Virus record (IMG/VR): IMGVR_UViG_3300043093_000048
Coordinates: 1 to 64,000 of that record
Direction: 5' to 3' (one strand)
DNA: 64,000 nucleotides
From: a virus
Taxonomy: Duplodnaviria; Caudoviricetes
How positions within the stretch are numbered: position 1 is the stretch's first letter; every line of letters begins with the position of its first letter. Both the position numbers and the translations under genes were made by a program. Shown here one piece after another: positions 42,919-53,189 of this stretch. The notes beneath the pieces are model-generated. The model did no database searches. It was not told where the DNA came from and was given only the letters and a program-made list of their open reading frames with translations.

Positions 42919-42960
42919 ATAGAGATTAGGAAATAAATTCCTAATCTCTATATTTTTTTT
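42919..42960. terminator. Probable bidirectional terminator (sbcC/infA)
   Basis: ATAGAGATTAGGAA...TTCCTAATCTCTAT plus T tract. Confidence 0.75.
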
Positions 42961-43202
42961 TAGTTATTTCTCCATACAATAATTCCTGCTTTAGTATCAT
43001 AAGGAGAGATTTCCACTTCAACAGAATCTTCTTCTGTAATCTGAATTTTATTCATTCTAAGCTTACCAGATAAAGAACAAATTACTTCAGCATTAAGGTC
43101 ATCTAGAATTACCTTAAACTTAGTACCTGGAAGACAAGAATCAACAATTCCTGTTGCAGTGATATGTTCTTCTTTAACATACTTGTTTTTAATTTTTTTC
43201 AT
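42960..43202 (-). CDS. infA: Translation initiation factor IF-1
   Basis: KEEHI...G.V...LP...FKV.L......C.LSGKLRMNKI.I...D.VEVEISPYD...G.I.WR. Confidence 0.92.
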   Translation of the reverse strand: MKKIKNKYVKEEHITATGIVDSCLPGTKFKVILDDLNAEVICSLSGKLRMNKIQITEEDSVEVEISPYDTKAGIIVWRNN

Positions 43203-43241
43203 AAGTTATTACTCCTATTGAAAATGTTGTTGTTTATATTT

Positions 43242-43718
43242 TTAATACTGATTATTTAAATACTTGTTGTCATATGAATTTTTTGAAAATGGCGGTGGAG
43301 TTGTCATTTGATTTGTATTCCAAGCATAGAAATCCTGTTCATATCTTTGAGGTTTTTCATATACTTGATAATCATCTTCAATCTTTCTTCCATACATATC
43401 ATGATTAATAGAAATTGGATGATCTTCATCTATCTTAATATAATCATGAATATCACAAGTATCAAATTCTTCTTTACTCATACCTCTATCAACTATTGGA
43501 GGAGTTATTAGAATAGATTTTTCACCAGATACAATTGCATCAACAATTATATCAAATGTTTGTGCTACTACACCATAATTAGGAGATTCAAAAATACAAA
43601 TTCCTTCATTGCGAGTAGTTCCAATTAATTTAAATATAGGTGCTTCTTCTTTAATTTTAACACCATAAATATCATGAGCAAATTTAGCATTAGTATCGTT
43701 TCTAATTACTGTAATCAT
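43242..43718 (-). CDS. Hypothetical protein
   Basis: ORF; N-terminus weakly resembles that of 43724-45496 (ND...YG..IK). Confidence 0.55.
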   Translation of the reverse strand: MITVIRNDTNAKFAHDIYGVKIKEEAPIFKLIGTTRNEGICIFESPNYGVVAQTFDIIVDAIVSGEKSILITPPIVDRGMSKEEFDTCDIHDYIKIDEDHPISINHDMYGRKIEDDYQVYEKPQRYEQDFYAWNTNQMTTPPPFSKNSYDNKYLNNQY

Positions 43719-43723
43719 AATAA

Positions 43724-45496
43724 TTAACCCCCGATATCTTCAGTTTCCTCAGTCTTAGAAGAAGTTTCATCTGTTACTTCAGAGGAACTATTAGAATCTG
43801 TTGTTTCTTCAACAATTTCTTCTACAGAATCGGTAGTAGTAACATCTTCTTCTTTAATAATAATTCTATCAGTAGCGGAAGGAGTCTTTAAAGGTTTACC
43901 ATCGACTTCAATTACCTTAACAAACTGATCTGAAATTGCAATACTATCATTGTAACTATCAGATACCCAAGTACAGAAGCCATGTTTATAATTATCATCA
44001 GGAATTGCAATAAAGTAAACAGTAATTAAAGGTGTAGTTTTATCATCTTTAGAATAAACTTTTAATTCATAAACATGATTTTCAATAGCTTGCCATGCAA
44101 TTTCATCATGAATAAAGCTATTTAAATTTCTAATTACTTGATTAGTTACTGAAAGATCTTCAATAGTTGCAGAATATTCATTCTTAGCAAAGTTTTCAAT
44201 ATTAACAGAAACTACATACTTCATATCAATATTTAAATCTCTATTATCAACTTCTTCATGACCTTCAGAAGCTTCATTATTAAAATTAACACCAGACTTA
44301 GCAAATCTCATATCATAACGACCATTAAGTCTTACAGCATTAACATAATATCTAACACCATTATCTTGAACTGTAAATGTAGTCTGAGGAATAGTTTTAT
44401 CTAATTCAAACCAAGTACCATCAATTGTATCTTCCTTATAATACCAATTAAAGTCTTCTACTAACTTATAGAACTTATCAGGAATCATAAAGAAACTCCA
44501 TTCGCCTGCAATATCCATATTTGTCTTAAATGTAGCATCTGGTAAAATACAATCTAATACACCTTTCTTAACTACAATATTGTCTCTAGGATTCATATTA
44601 GTAAATGTAGAATGATAATTCTTAGAAAGCATTACTCTTAAAGCACTAGGTGAAATTTCTTTAATATTAGAAATAACAGATTCACCCATTGCAAAACCAC
44701 CATTACCATAGTAAACAATAATCTTTTCTCTAACTGGAGGTGGAACTACTGGAAAAATAAATGGCTTATCTTCTTTCTTTGGTTCTGGAACTACATGAAT
44801 TTTATTATTAAAGATTTCTTCATTATAATAAGGATAATCATAGGGATTAATAGGAGTCATAGATGGTTTATTATCACTAGTAAAACTCATAATTTCTCCA
44901 TCTCTCTTAGGCTGTTTATTATAATCAATTTCATCTATTTCATTATAATATGGTGGATTATCATAATAATGTTTAGGTTCTCTAGTATATCTAGGTTCTT
45001 TAGAAATATTATCAAATACATCATAAAAAGGATTTGTTCTAGGATCATTAATATATCTAGGATCAATATCAGAATCTGGAATATTTTCTATAGAACTATC
45101 ATTCTTATTAATTTTATAATAATCTTTCTTAGGTTGAGTTTCATTATTATCAAAAGAATAATTTTCTTTCTTTAATGGTGTATCAGGAATTCTAGAAAGA
45201 TCTATATATCTATAATCTTTAGAACATAATTCAATAAAATTATTTAAGAATACTTCAGCTTTATTCTTATCCTTAGCTTGATAACAAGTAACAGACTGAG
45301 ATAACTCTGGATTAGTAAATAAAACTACTTCATAAAAAATCTTATCAATAAAACGTGGATCTCTAGGCACTGGAATATTATGAATTGCCTTTGGAGAATA
45401 AGGATATGTATTCTTACGCTGTTTTATTCTTGCACCATAAACAGTAAAAATACCAATATCATTTTTATAGCATGTTACGCTAAATGGATGATTCAT
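43724..45496 (-). CDS. Hypothetical protein with Pro/Tyr-rich linker and acidic tail
   Basis: 590-aa ORF with AAGGA RBS. Confidence 0.6.
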   Translation of the reverse strand: MNHPFSVTCYKNDIGIFTVYGARIKQRKNTYPYSPKAIHNIPVPRDPRFIDKIFYEVVLFTNPELSQSVTCYQAKDKNKAEVFLNNFIELCSKDYRYIDLSRIPDTPLKKENYSFDNNETQPKKDYYKINKNDSSIENIPDSDIDPRYINDPRTNPFYDVFDNISKEPRYTREPKHYYDNPPYYNEIDEIDYNKQPKRDGEIMSFTSDNKPSMTPINPYDYPYYNEEIFNNKIHVVPEPKKEDKPFIFPVVPPPVREKIIVYYGNGGFAMGESVISNIKEISPSALRVMLSKNYHSTFTNMNPRDNIVVKKGVLDCILPDATFKTNMDIAGEWSFFMIPDKFYKLVEDFNWYYKEDTIDGTWFELDKTIPQTTFTVQDNGVRYYVNAVRLNGRYDMRFAKSGVNFNNEASEGHEEVDNRDLNIDMKYVVSVNIENFAKNEYSATIEDLSVTNQVIRNLNSFIHDEIAWQAIENHVYELKVYSKDDKTTPLITVYFIAIPDDNYKHGFCTWVSDSYNDSIAISDQFVKVIEVDGKPLKTPSATDRIIIKEEDVTTTDSVEEIVEETTDSNSSSEVTDETSSKTEETEDIGG

Positions 45497-45526
45497 AAAT
45501 TATCATTCCTTTCTTTTTAATAAATT

Positions 45527-46768
45527 TTATCTATATTTTGCTGGCATACGAATAGCAGGAGTTAATGGCATTGTATACATAAGATTAATAGACTCCTTAA
45601 ATGTTACAGGCGTACCATCAGCTCTATATCCAACAGTTCCTGATTTAACATTTCCTGAGAGAGGTTTACCATTTTTATCATAAATAATTGGATTACCATT
45701 ATCATCTTTTTCAGGTCTTGTTGCAGATGGTTTATTAGTTGTTGATGTTTGAGCAGCAGCTTGTTGTGTATTACCATTGCCATTAGCAGGTGTAGTTTGT
45801 GTTGGTTGAGGTGTTTGGGTATTACCATTACCAGCAGGAGCAGCAGCTTGTTGTGTATTACCATTGCCATTAGCAGGTGTAGTTTGTGTTGGTTGAGGTG
45901 TTTGGGTATTACCATTACCAGCAGGAGCAGCAGCTTGTTGTGTATTACCATTGCCATTAGCAGGTGTAGTTTGTGTTGGTTGAGGTGTTTGGGTATTACC
46001 ATTACCAGCAGGAGCAGCAGCAGGAGCTTCTGGTTGACCTTTAGCCTTTCCTTGCTTCTTTTTTTCTTTCTCTTCTTCTCTTTTCGCTCTATTTTCTTGC
46101 ATTCTAGCTTGTCCAGCAACAATTCTTTGTCCTCTTTCACTATTGGCATCAACTACTATATCATTACCATCTTTATCTTTTTTATTAAGTATAATATTAT
46201 CAGTACCAGTTAAGTTTTCTCCTTTTTTAACAGCTTTTTTAGCAGTTTTCTTATCACCAACAGACATAACAGCATCGCCCATTACATTATCAGAACCTAT
46301 AGTTCTAGTTCTTGAAGCACCATTATATTGTTGTTGAGCTATTTCTGAATTTCTTGAAGTATTTCTAATATTTTTAATAGCACCACCAATACCACCAGAT
46401 TGCTGCATAAAGTTACTTGCATTTTGTTTAAAGTTTTTAAAACCACCAGTTTCTGCACCTGTAGCTTTAGCGTTAGAGTTTACAGAGTTAATAGTTTTCT
46501 TAGCCATAGAGCCTGCAGCTACAGCGCCACCTACCAATGCAGCGCCACCTAATAATTTTTTAAAGAAACCTTCATTAAGCATAATATTTTGTAAATATTC
46601 TGATTCACTTAAAGGCTCATAACCATTTTCTTCACAACTTTCTAAGTAATAATTATATGACTCTAATATATAACTTTCACACATTGAAATTGTTTTTTGA
46701 TCATTTGGATCATCTATATCACATTGTGATAGTCTTTCAACACATTCAGCTAAAAGATATAATTTCAT
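45527..46768 (-). CDS. Acidic-leader protein with Gly/Ala segment and 29-aa repeats, putative internal head/ejected protein
   Basis: Acidic leader ending MLNE-G, LLGGAALVGGAVAAG, repeats, FKE-S near C-terminus; AACA-N6-TA promoter. Confidence 0.55.
   Translation of the reverse strand: MKLYLLAECVERLSQCDIDDPNDQKTISMCESYILESYNYYLESCEENGYEPLSESEYLQNIMLNEGFFKKLLGGAALVGGAVAAGSMAKKTINSVNSNAKATGAETGGFKNFKQNASNFMQQSGGIGGAIKNIRNTSRNSEIAQQQYNGASRTRTIGSDNVMGDAVMSVGDKKTAKKAVKKGENLTGTDNIILNKKDKDGNDIVVDANSERGQRIVAGQARMQENRAKREEEKEKKKQGKAKGQPEAPAAAPAGNGNTQTPQPTQTTPANGNGNTQQAAAPAGNGNTQTPQPTQTTPANGNGNTQQAAAPAGNGNTQTPQPTQTTPANGNGNTQQAAAQTSTTNKPSATRPEKDDNGNPIIYDKNGKPLSGNVKSGTVGYRADGTPVTFKESINLMYTMPLTPAIRMPAKYR
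45751..46021 (-). repeat. 87-bp coding tandem repeat x3 (AAAPAGNGNTQTPQPTQTTPANGNGNTQQ)
   Basis: Unit starts at 45751, 45838 and 45925. Confidence 0.95.
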
Positions 46769-46815
46769 AAAATTTCACCTTCTCTAATAATTTATTAAGT
46801 TAAATATACTTAGTA

Positions 46816-46827
46816 TAAGAATTTGTT
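46816..46827 (-). promoter_or_regulatory. AACA-N6-TA promoter motif
   Basis: AACAAATTCTTA upstream of 46768. Confidence 0.55.
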
Positions 46828-46876
46828 AAGGATTAATAAAAAATCAGTTTGTTCATAAAACAAACTGATTTTTAAC

Positions 46877-48010
46877 TTAATTATTTGCATATCTTTCTAA
46901 AGTAGGTAATAAAATTCTTTTTAATTGTAGTTGATTCTTACCATCTAAAACACAACCTGAAGCAAATGGATGACCGCCACCGCCATATATAGAAGCTATT
47001 TTGGTTAAATCAATATCATCATAAACTCTTCTAAAATTAATACTTCCATATTTAAAAGATACATTGATTATATATTTAATATTAAATCTTGTATATATTT
47101 TTTTATTAATAATATCATTTTTAAGCATATCACAAATTAAAGAAACATTATCATCACTTCTAATAATAATATATTGAATATCTGGATGAGTAAAACCATC
47201 TTCATCAATATGATCAAGAACTATTGAGGTATTTAATACTCTATTATATTCTTTATTAATACTTTCTAATGTTTCATTAATAATAGTTTTTTCAGTTTTA
47301 TTAAATGAAAAAACTATACTTTCCTTTTGCACTTGCATTAAAAAGAACTTAGTTCTTTGCATATGTGAAAATAATAGATTTAAATCTCTAGCCATTAAAT
47401 TATTATTATTTTTCCATTCAAATGTATCCCAGTCATTAACATTTTTTAAATAACTTTCTAACCAAGCTTTTTGATCATTTAATTTAGCATGTTCAAGACC
47501 TAATGTTGTATTAGTCCATTCAATTGATTGTCTATTAGCACAAAAGTTATATAATTGTAAACTAGCACAATTGGTCATATCATTAAAATATTCTATCTTA
47601 TCAAATAAAGTAAATATTTTATCTCTAAATGTTTTTTCACTATCTGCATGATGATCAATAAAAAATATCTTTTTAAATATACTTGAATAACCTTTATTAG
47701 GAGAATTTAAAAGAGTAGTAAATTTTTTAAAAGGATTTAATATATAATCTTCTAGATCTTTTCCTTTAAAGTTTAAATCAGTTATAAATAAATAATCATA
47801 AATTTTAGCACCATATTCATTATCAATATCAAAGAATTCTTTAATCTTATCATAATCATTATAACTAATAAAGTCATAATTAAAATTAATATTTTTTGTA
47901 TTATAAAATTTTTTAAATACTAATCCACAACTAACTCCATCTAGATCATTATGAGTAAACACTTTAACTCTAATAGTTGATATATTAGAGATAGTTTCTA
48001 TATCCCTCAT
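46877..48010 (-). CDS. DHH/DHHA1 phosphoesterase
   Basis: THNDLDG, ITDL, IDHH, GGGGHPFASG; ATG 48010 with GGAGG RBS. Confidence 0.88.
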   Translation of the reverse strand: MRDIETISNISTIRVKVFTHNDLDGVSCGLVFKKFYNTKNINFNYDFISYNDYDKIKEFFDIDNEYGAKIYDYLFITDLNFKGKDLEDYILNPFKKFTTLLNSPNKGYSSIFKKIFFIDHHADSEKTFRDKIFTLFDKIEYFNDMTNCASLQLYNFCANRQSIEWTNTTLGLEHAKLNDQKAWLESYLKNVNDWDTFEWKNNNNLMARDLNLLFSHMQRTKFFLMQVQKESIVFSFNKTEKTIINETLESINKEYNRVLNTSIVLDHIDEDGFTHPDIQYIIIRSDDNVSLICDMLKNDIINKKIYTRFNIKYIINVSFKYGSINFRRVYDDIDLTKIASIYGGGGHPFASGCVLDGKNQLQLKRILLPTLERYANN

Positions 48011-48779
48011 ATTCAAGTCCTCCTGTATTATATAAAGAATTTGAATCAGATCCATTGAAAAATGGTTTATCAAATAATTCAACCGAAGTAGGTTTATCAA
48101 CAGCTCTGACTACATCTTCTATTTTTAGAATACAAGTTTGTTTCCTTATACCTAAATTAATAAATCCATTATTTTCAAAAAATCTAATTTTTGATTCTTC
48201 AGAAATATCTATTTCAGCCATATTAGCGGATAAACTAGTTTTAGCCATCTTTAATAAATCTTTAGCAAATCCTAAACCACTATATTGTGAACTAACATCA
48301 AATTTAGTAATAATATTATTACCATTTCTACTTTCTACTTCTACTTCTGCTATTTGATTATTAAAATTATCAAAAAATTTATAACCTTTAATTTTAATTC
48401 TATTAGACTTAGTAGTTCCACTATTATCATTATAATAACTATTATAAGATGATTCATAACTTCTTCTATTAAAATCCAATAATTGCATAGGTTTCATACA
48501 TTCTTCAAAAGAAGAAATTTTATTAGCAGTTTTATTAAGAGAAAACTGTCTTCCAGCAGATAATTGTTTAGCTTTAACTCTTGCAATTCCATTTTTTGTC
48601 ATACCACTATATTTACCTGAATTTGTTGATACTCTATTACTTGCTGATGGTGAAACTTCATATCCGCCTCTAGTTTTTGTTGGTCCGTTCACACCTGTAG
48701 ATGTATGAACTGTTCTAACTCTTTTTATCTTAAACTTTGGACCTTCATTATATAATCTAAAACCAAAATCATTATACAT
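47985..48779 (-). CDS. Protein with C-terminal GNAT acetyltransferase-like domain
   Basis: FDVSSQYSGLGFAKDLL (motif A-like) and IRFFENNGF; short leader ending LYNE-G; late promoter. Confidence 0.6.
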   Translation of the reverse strand: MYNDFGFRLYNEGPKFKIKRVRTVHTSTGVNGPTKTRGGYEVSPSASNRVSTNSGKYSGMTKNGIARVKAKQLSAGRQFSLNKTANKISSFEECMKPMQLLDFNRRSYESSYNSYYNDNSGTTKSNRIKIKGYKFFDNFNNQIAEVEVESRNGNNIITKFDVSSQYSGLGFAKDLLKMAKTSLSANMAEIDISEESKIRFFENNGFINLGIRKQTCILKIEDVVRAVDKPTSVELFDKPFFNGSDSNSLYNTGGLEYEGYRNYL

Positions 48780-48810
48780 TTTATAATCATCTCCCTTTTT
48801 TAAATATTAA

Positions 48811-48822
48811 TAACCTAATGTT
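48811..48822 (-). promoter_or_regulatory. AACA-N6-TA promoter motif
   Basis: AACATTAGGTTA upstream of 48779. Confidence 0.55.
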
Positions 48823-48913
48823 TTTTAATATAAACTTATTAATTATTATATTTTTTAAAATTAAATTTAATAATTAATATTATATTATTAGGTTTTTAAA
48901 GGAGGTAAATTAA

Positions 48914-49588
48914 ATGAAATTAATGACTATGAAGCAATTTTTACAAAATCCTTCAGGAAGTTATTCTGCAAGTTTTGCAAGAAGAGACCTTATCATAGCT
49001 AATTTAGAAGATAGATTTTATAAATTATATAAAAAAAGAAAAAGTGATTTTAAAGTTAAAATCTTTAGAGGAACTAATAAAAATGATTATTTCTTTTATA
49101 TTCAAGTTCCTAGTGAAAAATATGATAAAATTAATTATGATGTTGTTATACAATTTCTTCCAGTAGATATGAATTCTTTATCATCTACTACAATAGATAA
49201 GTATGCAATTAAAGTATTTAGTAATAGTTTGAATTTTACGTTTACATACTGCTACTGGTACAATCAAGATGATATAGTTGTAACACAGTTAAAAGATAAA
49301 TTTTCTCCAAAAGCTCTTAAAGATAAACCTGTCGTTAAAAATAATGAAGGTATTTATGGATTTGAGAAATCTTGTTATTTTGCTATGTTATATATAAAAT
49401 ATAATGAATTAAATAAAAAAGTAAATATAAATAAAGCTTTAGATACTACAATGACTATTCAAAAATTAAAACCAACAATAAAAAGTGCTAATTCTAAAAT
49501 TATTGAATATAACATGACTAAAAAAGCTAATGGTGATGAAAATAAGAAGAAAAAGCAAACATTAACTAATCAACCATTTAAGCTCTAA
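48914..49588 (+). CDS. Hypothetical protein
   Basis: ORF with GGAGGT RBS and TATATTAT upstream. Confidence 0.6.
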   Translation: MKLMTMKQFLQNPSGSYSASFARRDLIIANLEDRFYKLYKKRKSDFKVKIFRGTNKNDYFFYIQVPSEKYDKINYDVVIQFLPVDMNSLSSTTIDKYAIKVFSNSLNFTFTYCYWYNQDDIVVTQLKDKFSPKALKDKPVVKNNEGIYGFEKSCYFAMLYIKYNELNKKVNINKALDTTMTIQKLKPTIKSANSKIIEYNMTKKANGDENKKKKQTLTNQPFKL

Positions 49589-49598
49589 GGAGAAAATA

Positions 49599-50516
49599 TT
49601 GAAAAAACTAAATTATGAAGATGTTAGAAATTATATTAATTCTACAGGAGAAACTTTAATCTCTAAAGAATATATCAATTATAATTTTAAATTAAATATT
49701 AAATGTAATAAATGTGGTAATATATACGGTATGAATTTAACTAATTTTAAAAAAGGAAAACGTTGTAATAAATGTGCTAAGAACTTAAGAATAAAAAAGA
49801 TGAAACTAAATTATGAAGATGTTAAATCTTTTATAAACTCTACAGGAGAAACTTTAATCTCAACTGAATATAATAATTGTAAAGAAAAATTAAATATTAA
49901 ATGTAATAAATGTGGTAATATTTATTCTATTAGATTTTGTAATTTTAAACAGGGTAATAGATGTAATAAATGTTCTATCAAAGAAAGAAATGATAATAAT
50001 AAACTTCTTTATGAAGATGTTAGAAATTATATTAATTCCACAGGAGAAGAATTAATTTCTAAAGAATATAAAGGTTGTAAAACTTCTTTACAAGTTAAAT
50101 GTAAAAAATGTAATAAAATTTATAAAGTTCGTTTTAATGATTTTAAACAAGGAAATAGATGTTCTTATTGTAAAGCTTCAAAAGGTGAAGAACGAATTAG
50201 AACATGGCTTGAAAATAATCATTATACTTTTGAAGAACAATATAAATTTGATGATTGTAAATATAAACGTTATTTGCCATTTGATTTTAAATTAGAAGAT
50301 AAGAATGGTAAAATAATTTTAATAGAATATGATGGAATACAACATTATCAAGAATCTTTTTATGGTAATAATTTAAAAGAACAGAAAAAGAGAGATTCCA
50401 TCAAAGACGATTATTGTAATTCACATGATAATATTGATTTATATAGAATTCCTTATACGGAATTTAATAACATAGATTCTATTCTTAAAGATATTTTTAA
50501 TAAATATATATTATAA
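49599..50516 (+). CDS. Free-standing zinc-ribbon/EDxHD endonuclease
   Basis: Three YEDV..INSTGE.LIS...KC.KC...GNRC..C repeats; C-terminal domain nearly identical to that of 71-1411. Confidence 0.8.
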   Translation: MKKLNYEDVRNYINSTGETLISKEYINYNFKLNIKCNKCGNIYGMNLTNFKKGKRCNKCAKNLRIKKMKLNYEDVKSFINSTGETLISTEYNNCKEKLNIKCNKCGNIYSIRFCNFKQGNRCNKCSIKERNDNNKLLYEDVRNYINSTGEELISKEYKGCKTSLQVKCKKCNKIYKVRFNDFKQGNRCSYCKASKGEERIRTWLENNHYTFEEQYKFDDCKYKRYLPFDFKLEDKNGKIILIEYDGIQHYQESFYGNNLKEQKKRDSIKDDYCNSHDNIDLYRIPYTEFNNIDSILKDIFNKYIL

Positions 50517-50570
50517 ATATGTCTTTGAGGACAAAATATATTTTAAAAGTTTTTTATAGGAGGAAAACTA

Positions 50571-52070
50571 ATGGCAACTAAAGGATTGACTAATGAGGAA
50601 TTAATCGAAAAGTACGACCAACCATTAACTAAAAATGAGGAGGGCATGTATGAATTTGCTGTATATGACCAAGAGAGTCATTGTATTATCATTAAATTCG
50701 ATAAGATATTTAATAGAGATAGTATAAAACAGCATAACATTTTCAAGATACAGCATAAAAGATATTATTCAGAAGGAACAGCTAATAGCTCAACTAAGCC
50801 AATGTTACCAACAATCTGTAATGATATTAATTATGTAATGAATCAAAATAATGATTCAATTAGATCTTATGCTTTATTTAGTACTAAAATAGCTCTTAAA
50901 GATAAGAAACCATATGAATTAGAAACGTTTAAAGAAGATGTTTACAAATTTATTGATGATATCAAAGTAGATATTGTAAATTACGTAGAAAGTAATTATG
51001 AACTTGATTTATCTGAAACTAATGAAAAGATTAATACAGATCTTCAAGTTACTGATGAAATGAATAAAATTTTCGTTGAATCAGCAGTAGCAATGAGAAT
51101 TGTTATTCCAATTATTTGTGACTATACTTTAAATAATAAAATTGATGGAATATTCTATGATATTTTTAGAACTATAATGATTAAATTCACGCAGCTAAAT
51201 GAAGAAAAGAATAATCCTTTAACAAAATTAAGATCAGTAGTTCGTTCAAGAGTTGAACAGACAAAATATGCTAATAAAAAGATTTGGAAGTTTATTAGTA
51301 ATTATACTACTGATATGAAATTAATTTGTGAAGAATTTAATGTACAATTAATTGAAAGTATTATTCCAAAGTTAGATATTAATAGATCTGCGATTAAATA
51401 TATTGACGTAGTCTTAAGAAAAAAGCTTGACTTTGCATTTACATTTAATTTTACGTTTGAGTTTAGACCATTAAGAAATCTTGAAAATGATGATGATACT
51501 GATGAAAGAGATAGACTTAATGAAACAATCTTCACAAATAGAAAGAATGAAGGACAATTAGTTCTTAATAAGTTAACTATTAAACAACATATCAGTCAGT
51601 ATATTTATGATAATGATATTACTGATGATATTATTGATGAATTTAAAACTAATGTTCTTAAGAATAAGAATCTTAATAATATTCAAAATTATTTCTTATT
51701 CATAACATTTGGAAAGATCTTTGAAGTAAATGTTGCAACTGAAAAAGATCGTGTAATACTTCTTCATGAATTAATCCATGATTTAGAAGAAGATGGATTT
51801 ATTGAACTTCCAAAGATTCTTAAATCAACAGTTGAAAATGAAATTGACATTAGAAACAAAGTTGGTGGAAAGAAGCTTAAGAGTCAAGATGGATTTTTAA
51901 AGATTATTAAAAAGTATGAAGATGTTGTAGATATTATTGATAATGATAATTTTATCATTAAGATGATTTCATTCAAAAATTATAGATATCTCGATGACGA
52001 AGATAATCAGATTATTATTAATCCTAATAATTATGAAAGAGAAGTAATTAGCTTTATTCTAGCACTTTAA
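50571..52070 (+). CDS. Hypothetical protein; possible promoter-specificity (phiKZ gp68/AR9 gp226-like) RNAP subunit
   Basis: 499 aa, apparently helical; size and context fit, similarity recalled only loosely, so tentative. Confidence 0.3.
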   Translation: MATKGLTNEELIEKYDQPLTKNEEGMYEFAVYDQESHCIIIKFDKIFNRDSIKQHNIFKIQHKRYYSEGTANSSTKPMLPTICNDINYVMNQNNDSIRSYALFSTKIALKDKKPYELETFKEDVYKFIDDIKVDIVNYVESNYELDLSETNEKINTDLQVTDEMNKIFVESAVAMRIVIPIICDYTLNNKIDGIFYDIFRTIMIKFTQLNEEKNNPLTKLRSVVRSRVEQTKYANKKIWKFISNYTTDMKLICEEFNVQLIESIIPKLDINRSAIKYIDVVLRKKLDFAFTFNFTFEFRPLRNLENDDDTDERDRLNETIFTNRKNEGQLVLNKLTIKQHISQYIYDNDITDDIIDEFKTNVLKNKNLNNIQNYFLFITFGKIFEVNVATEKDRVILLHELIHDLEEDGFIELPKILKSTVENEIDIRNKVGGKKLKSQDGFLKIIKKYEDVVDIIDNDNFIIKMISFKNYRYLDDEDNQIIINPNNYEREVISFILAL

Positions 52071-52142
52071 TTTTAATAAATATTCCTTAAGGTTTTATAA
52101 ATAAAAACCTTAAGGAATAAATTTTTATATGGAGGTGAAAAA

Positions 52143-53177
52143 ATGATAAATAATAATTATGATTTTACAGTATATGAATATTTAAAAAAGAATATTAAAC
52201 TATGTTATTTAACTACTGATAAATCTGAAACTTATATAAGATGTCCTTATTGTGGTGATAGTACAAATCTTAATCATGCTCATTTATATATTAATAATCA
52301 ACCACCATTTAAATACTTTTGTCAAAAATGTTCTGTAACAGGAATTGTTGATAATAAGTTCTTAAGAGATATTGATTTATATGATCCTGAAGTTATTAAT
52401 TATGTAGTTCAAAGTAAAAATAATTATATTAAAAATCTTAATAAAAAATATGGTAATAACTTCTTAGAAATATTTAATAAAAATTTTGATGTATTACCAA
52501 ACCAATATAATAAAAAAGAATTAGAAAAAATAAAATATATTAATAATAGACTAGGTATAAATATTAATGAAGAAAGTCTTATAGAAAAATATAAGATAAT
52601 CTTAAATATTGAAGACTTCTTTAACAATAATAAACTTCAAATGAATCAATTCTATAAGAAAAATTTATCTAAGTTAGAAAATAATTATGTAGGATTCTTA
52701 TTAAATGATAATAATATGATTTGCTTTAGAGATATTACTGGTAAACAAAATGAAAGATATATTAATAAAAAAATATATAGTGAGAATATATTGCAAAGTA
52801 GAAAATTCTATACTATAGGAAATGAAATAAATCTTTCAAGAGAAGTTTATAATATTTATTTAGCCGAAGGAATCTTTGACATATTAGGTATATTTAATCA
52901 TTTATATGATTGTAAACAAAATGATAATGACTTATTTATATCATGTAATGGAAAATCTTATAACTTTGTATTAAAATATCTTCAAACATTAGGAATTCTT
53001 AATTGTAATATTAATATATTTTCTGATAAAGATGTTTCAAAGAAAAAGATAATTGAACTATTACATGGAAATTATCTTACAAAATTTAATGGTGTTACTT
53101 TATATTATAATAATATTGGAAAGGATTATGGTGTTACTAAATTGGAAATAGAATTATCCAATCCAATTGAAATTTAG
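52143..53177 (+). CDS. DNA primase (T4 gp61-like)
   Basis: Zn finger RCPYCGDS...CQKC; TOPRIM LAEGIFD and FSDKD. Confidence 0.85.
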   Translation: MINNNYDFTVYEYLKKNIKLCYLTTDKSETYIRCPYCGDSTNLNHAHLYINNQPPFKYFCQKCSVTGIVDNKFLRDIDLYDPEVINYVVQSKNNYIKNLNKKYGNNFLEIFNKNFDVLPNQYNKKELEKIKYINNRLGININEESLIEKYKIILNIEDFFNNNKLQMNQFYKKNLSKLENNYVGFLLNDNNMICFRDITGKQNERYINKKIYSENILQSRKFYTIGNEINLSREVYNIYLAEGIFDILGIFNHLYDCKQNDNDLFISCNGKSYNFVLKYLQTLGILNCNINIFSDKDVSKKKIIELLHGNYLTKFNGVTLYYNNIGKDYGVTKLEIELSNPIEI

Positions 53178-53189
53178 GAGGAAATATAA

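Noticed and set aside
45751-46021. CRISPR-like array
   Set aside because: Head-to-tail in-frame coding repeats with no unique spacers and no cas genes
45604-46337. Overlapping ORFs 45604-46152, 45749-46213 and 46143-46337
   Set aside because: Shadow frames of the repeat-containing gene; no RBS
49599-50516. Intron or intein context for the four free endonucleases (71, 8406, 28990, 49599)
   Set aside because: No group I core in their short flanks, and neighbouring genes appear complete
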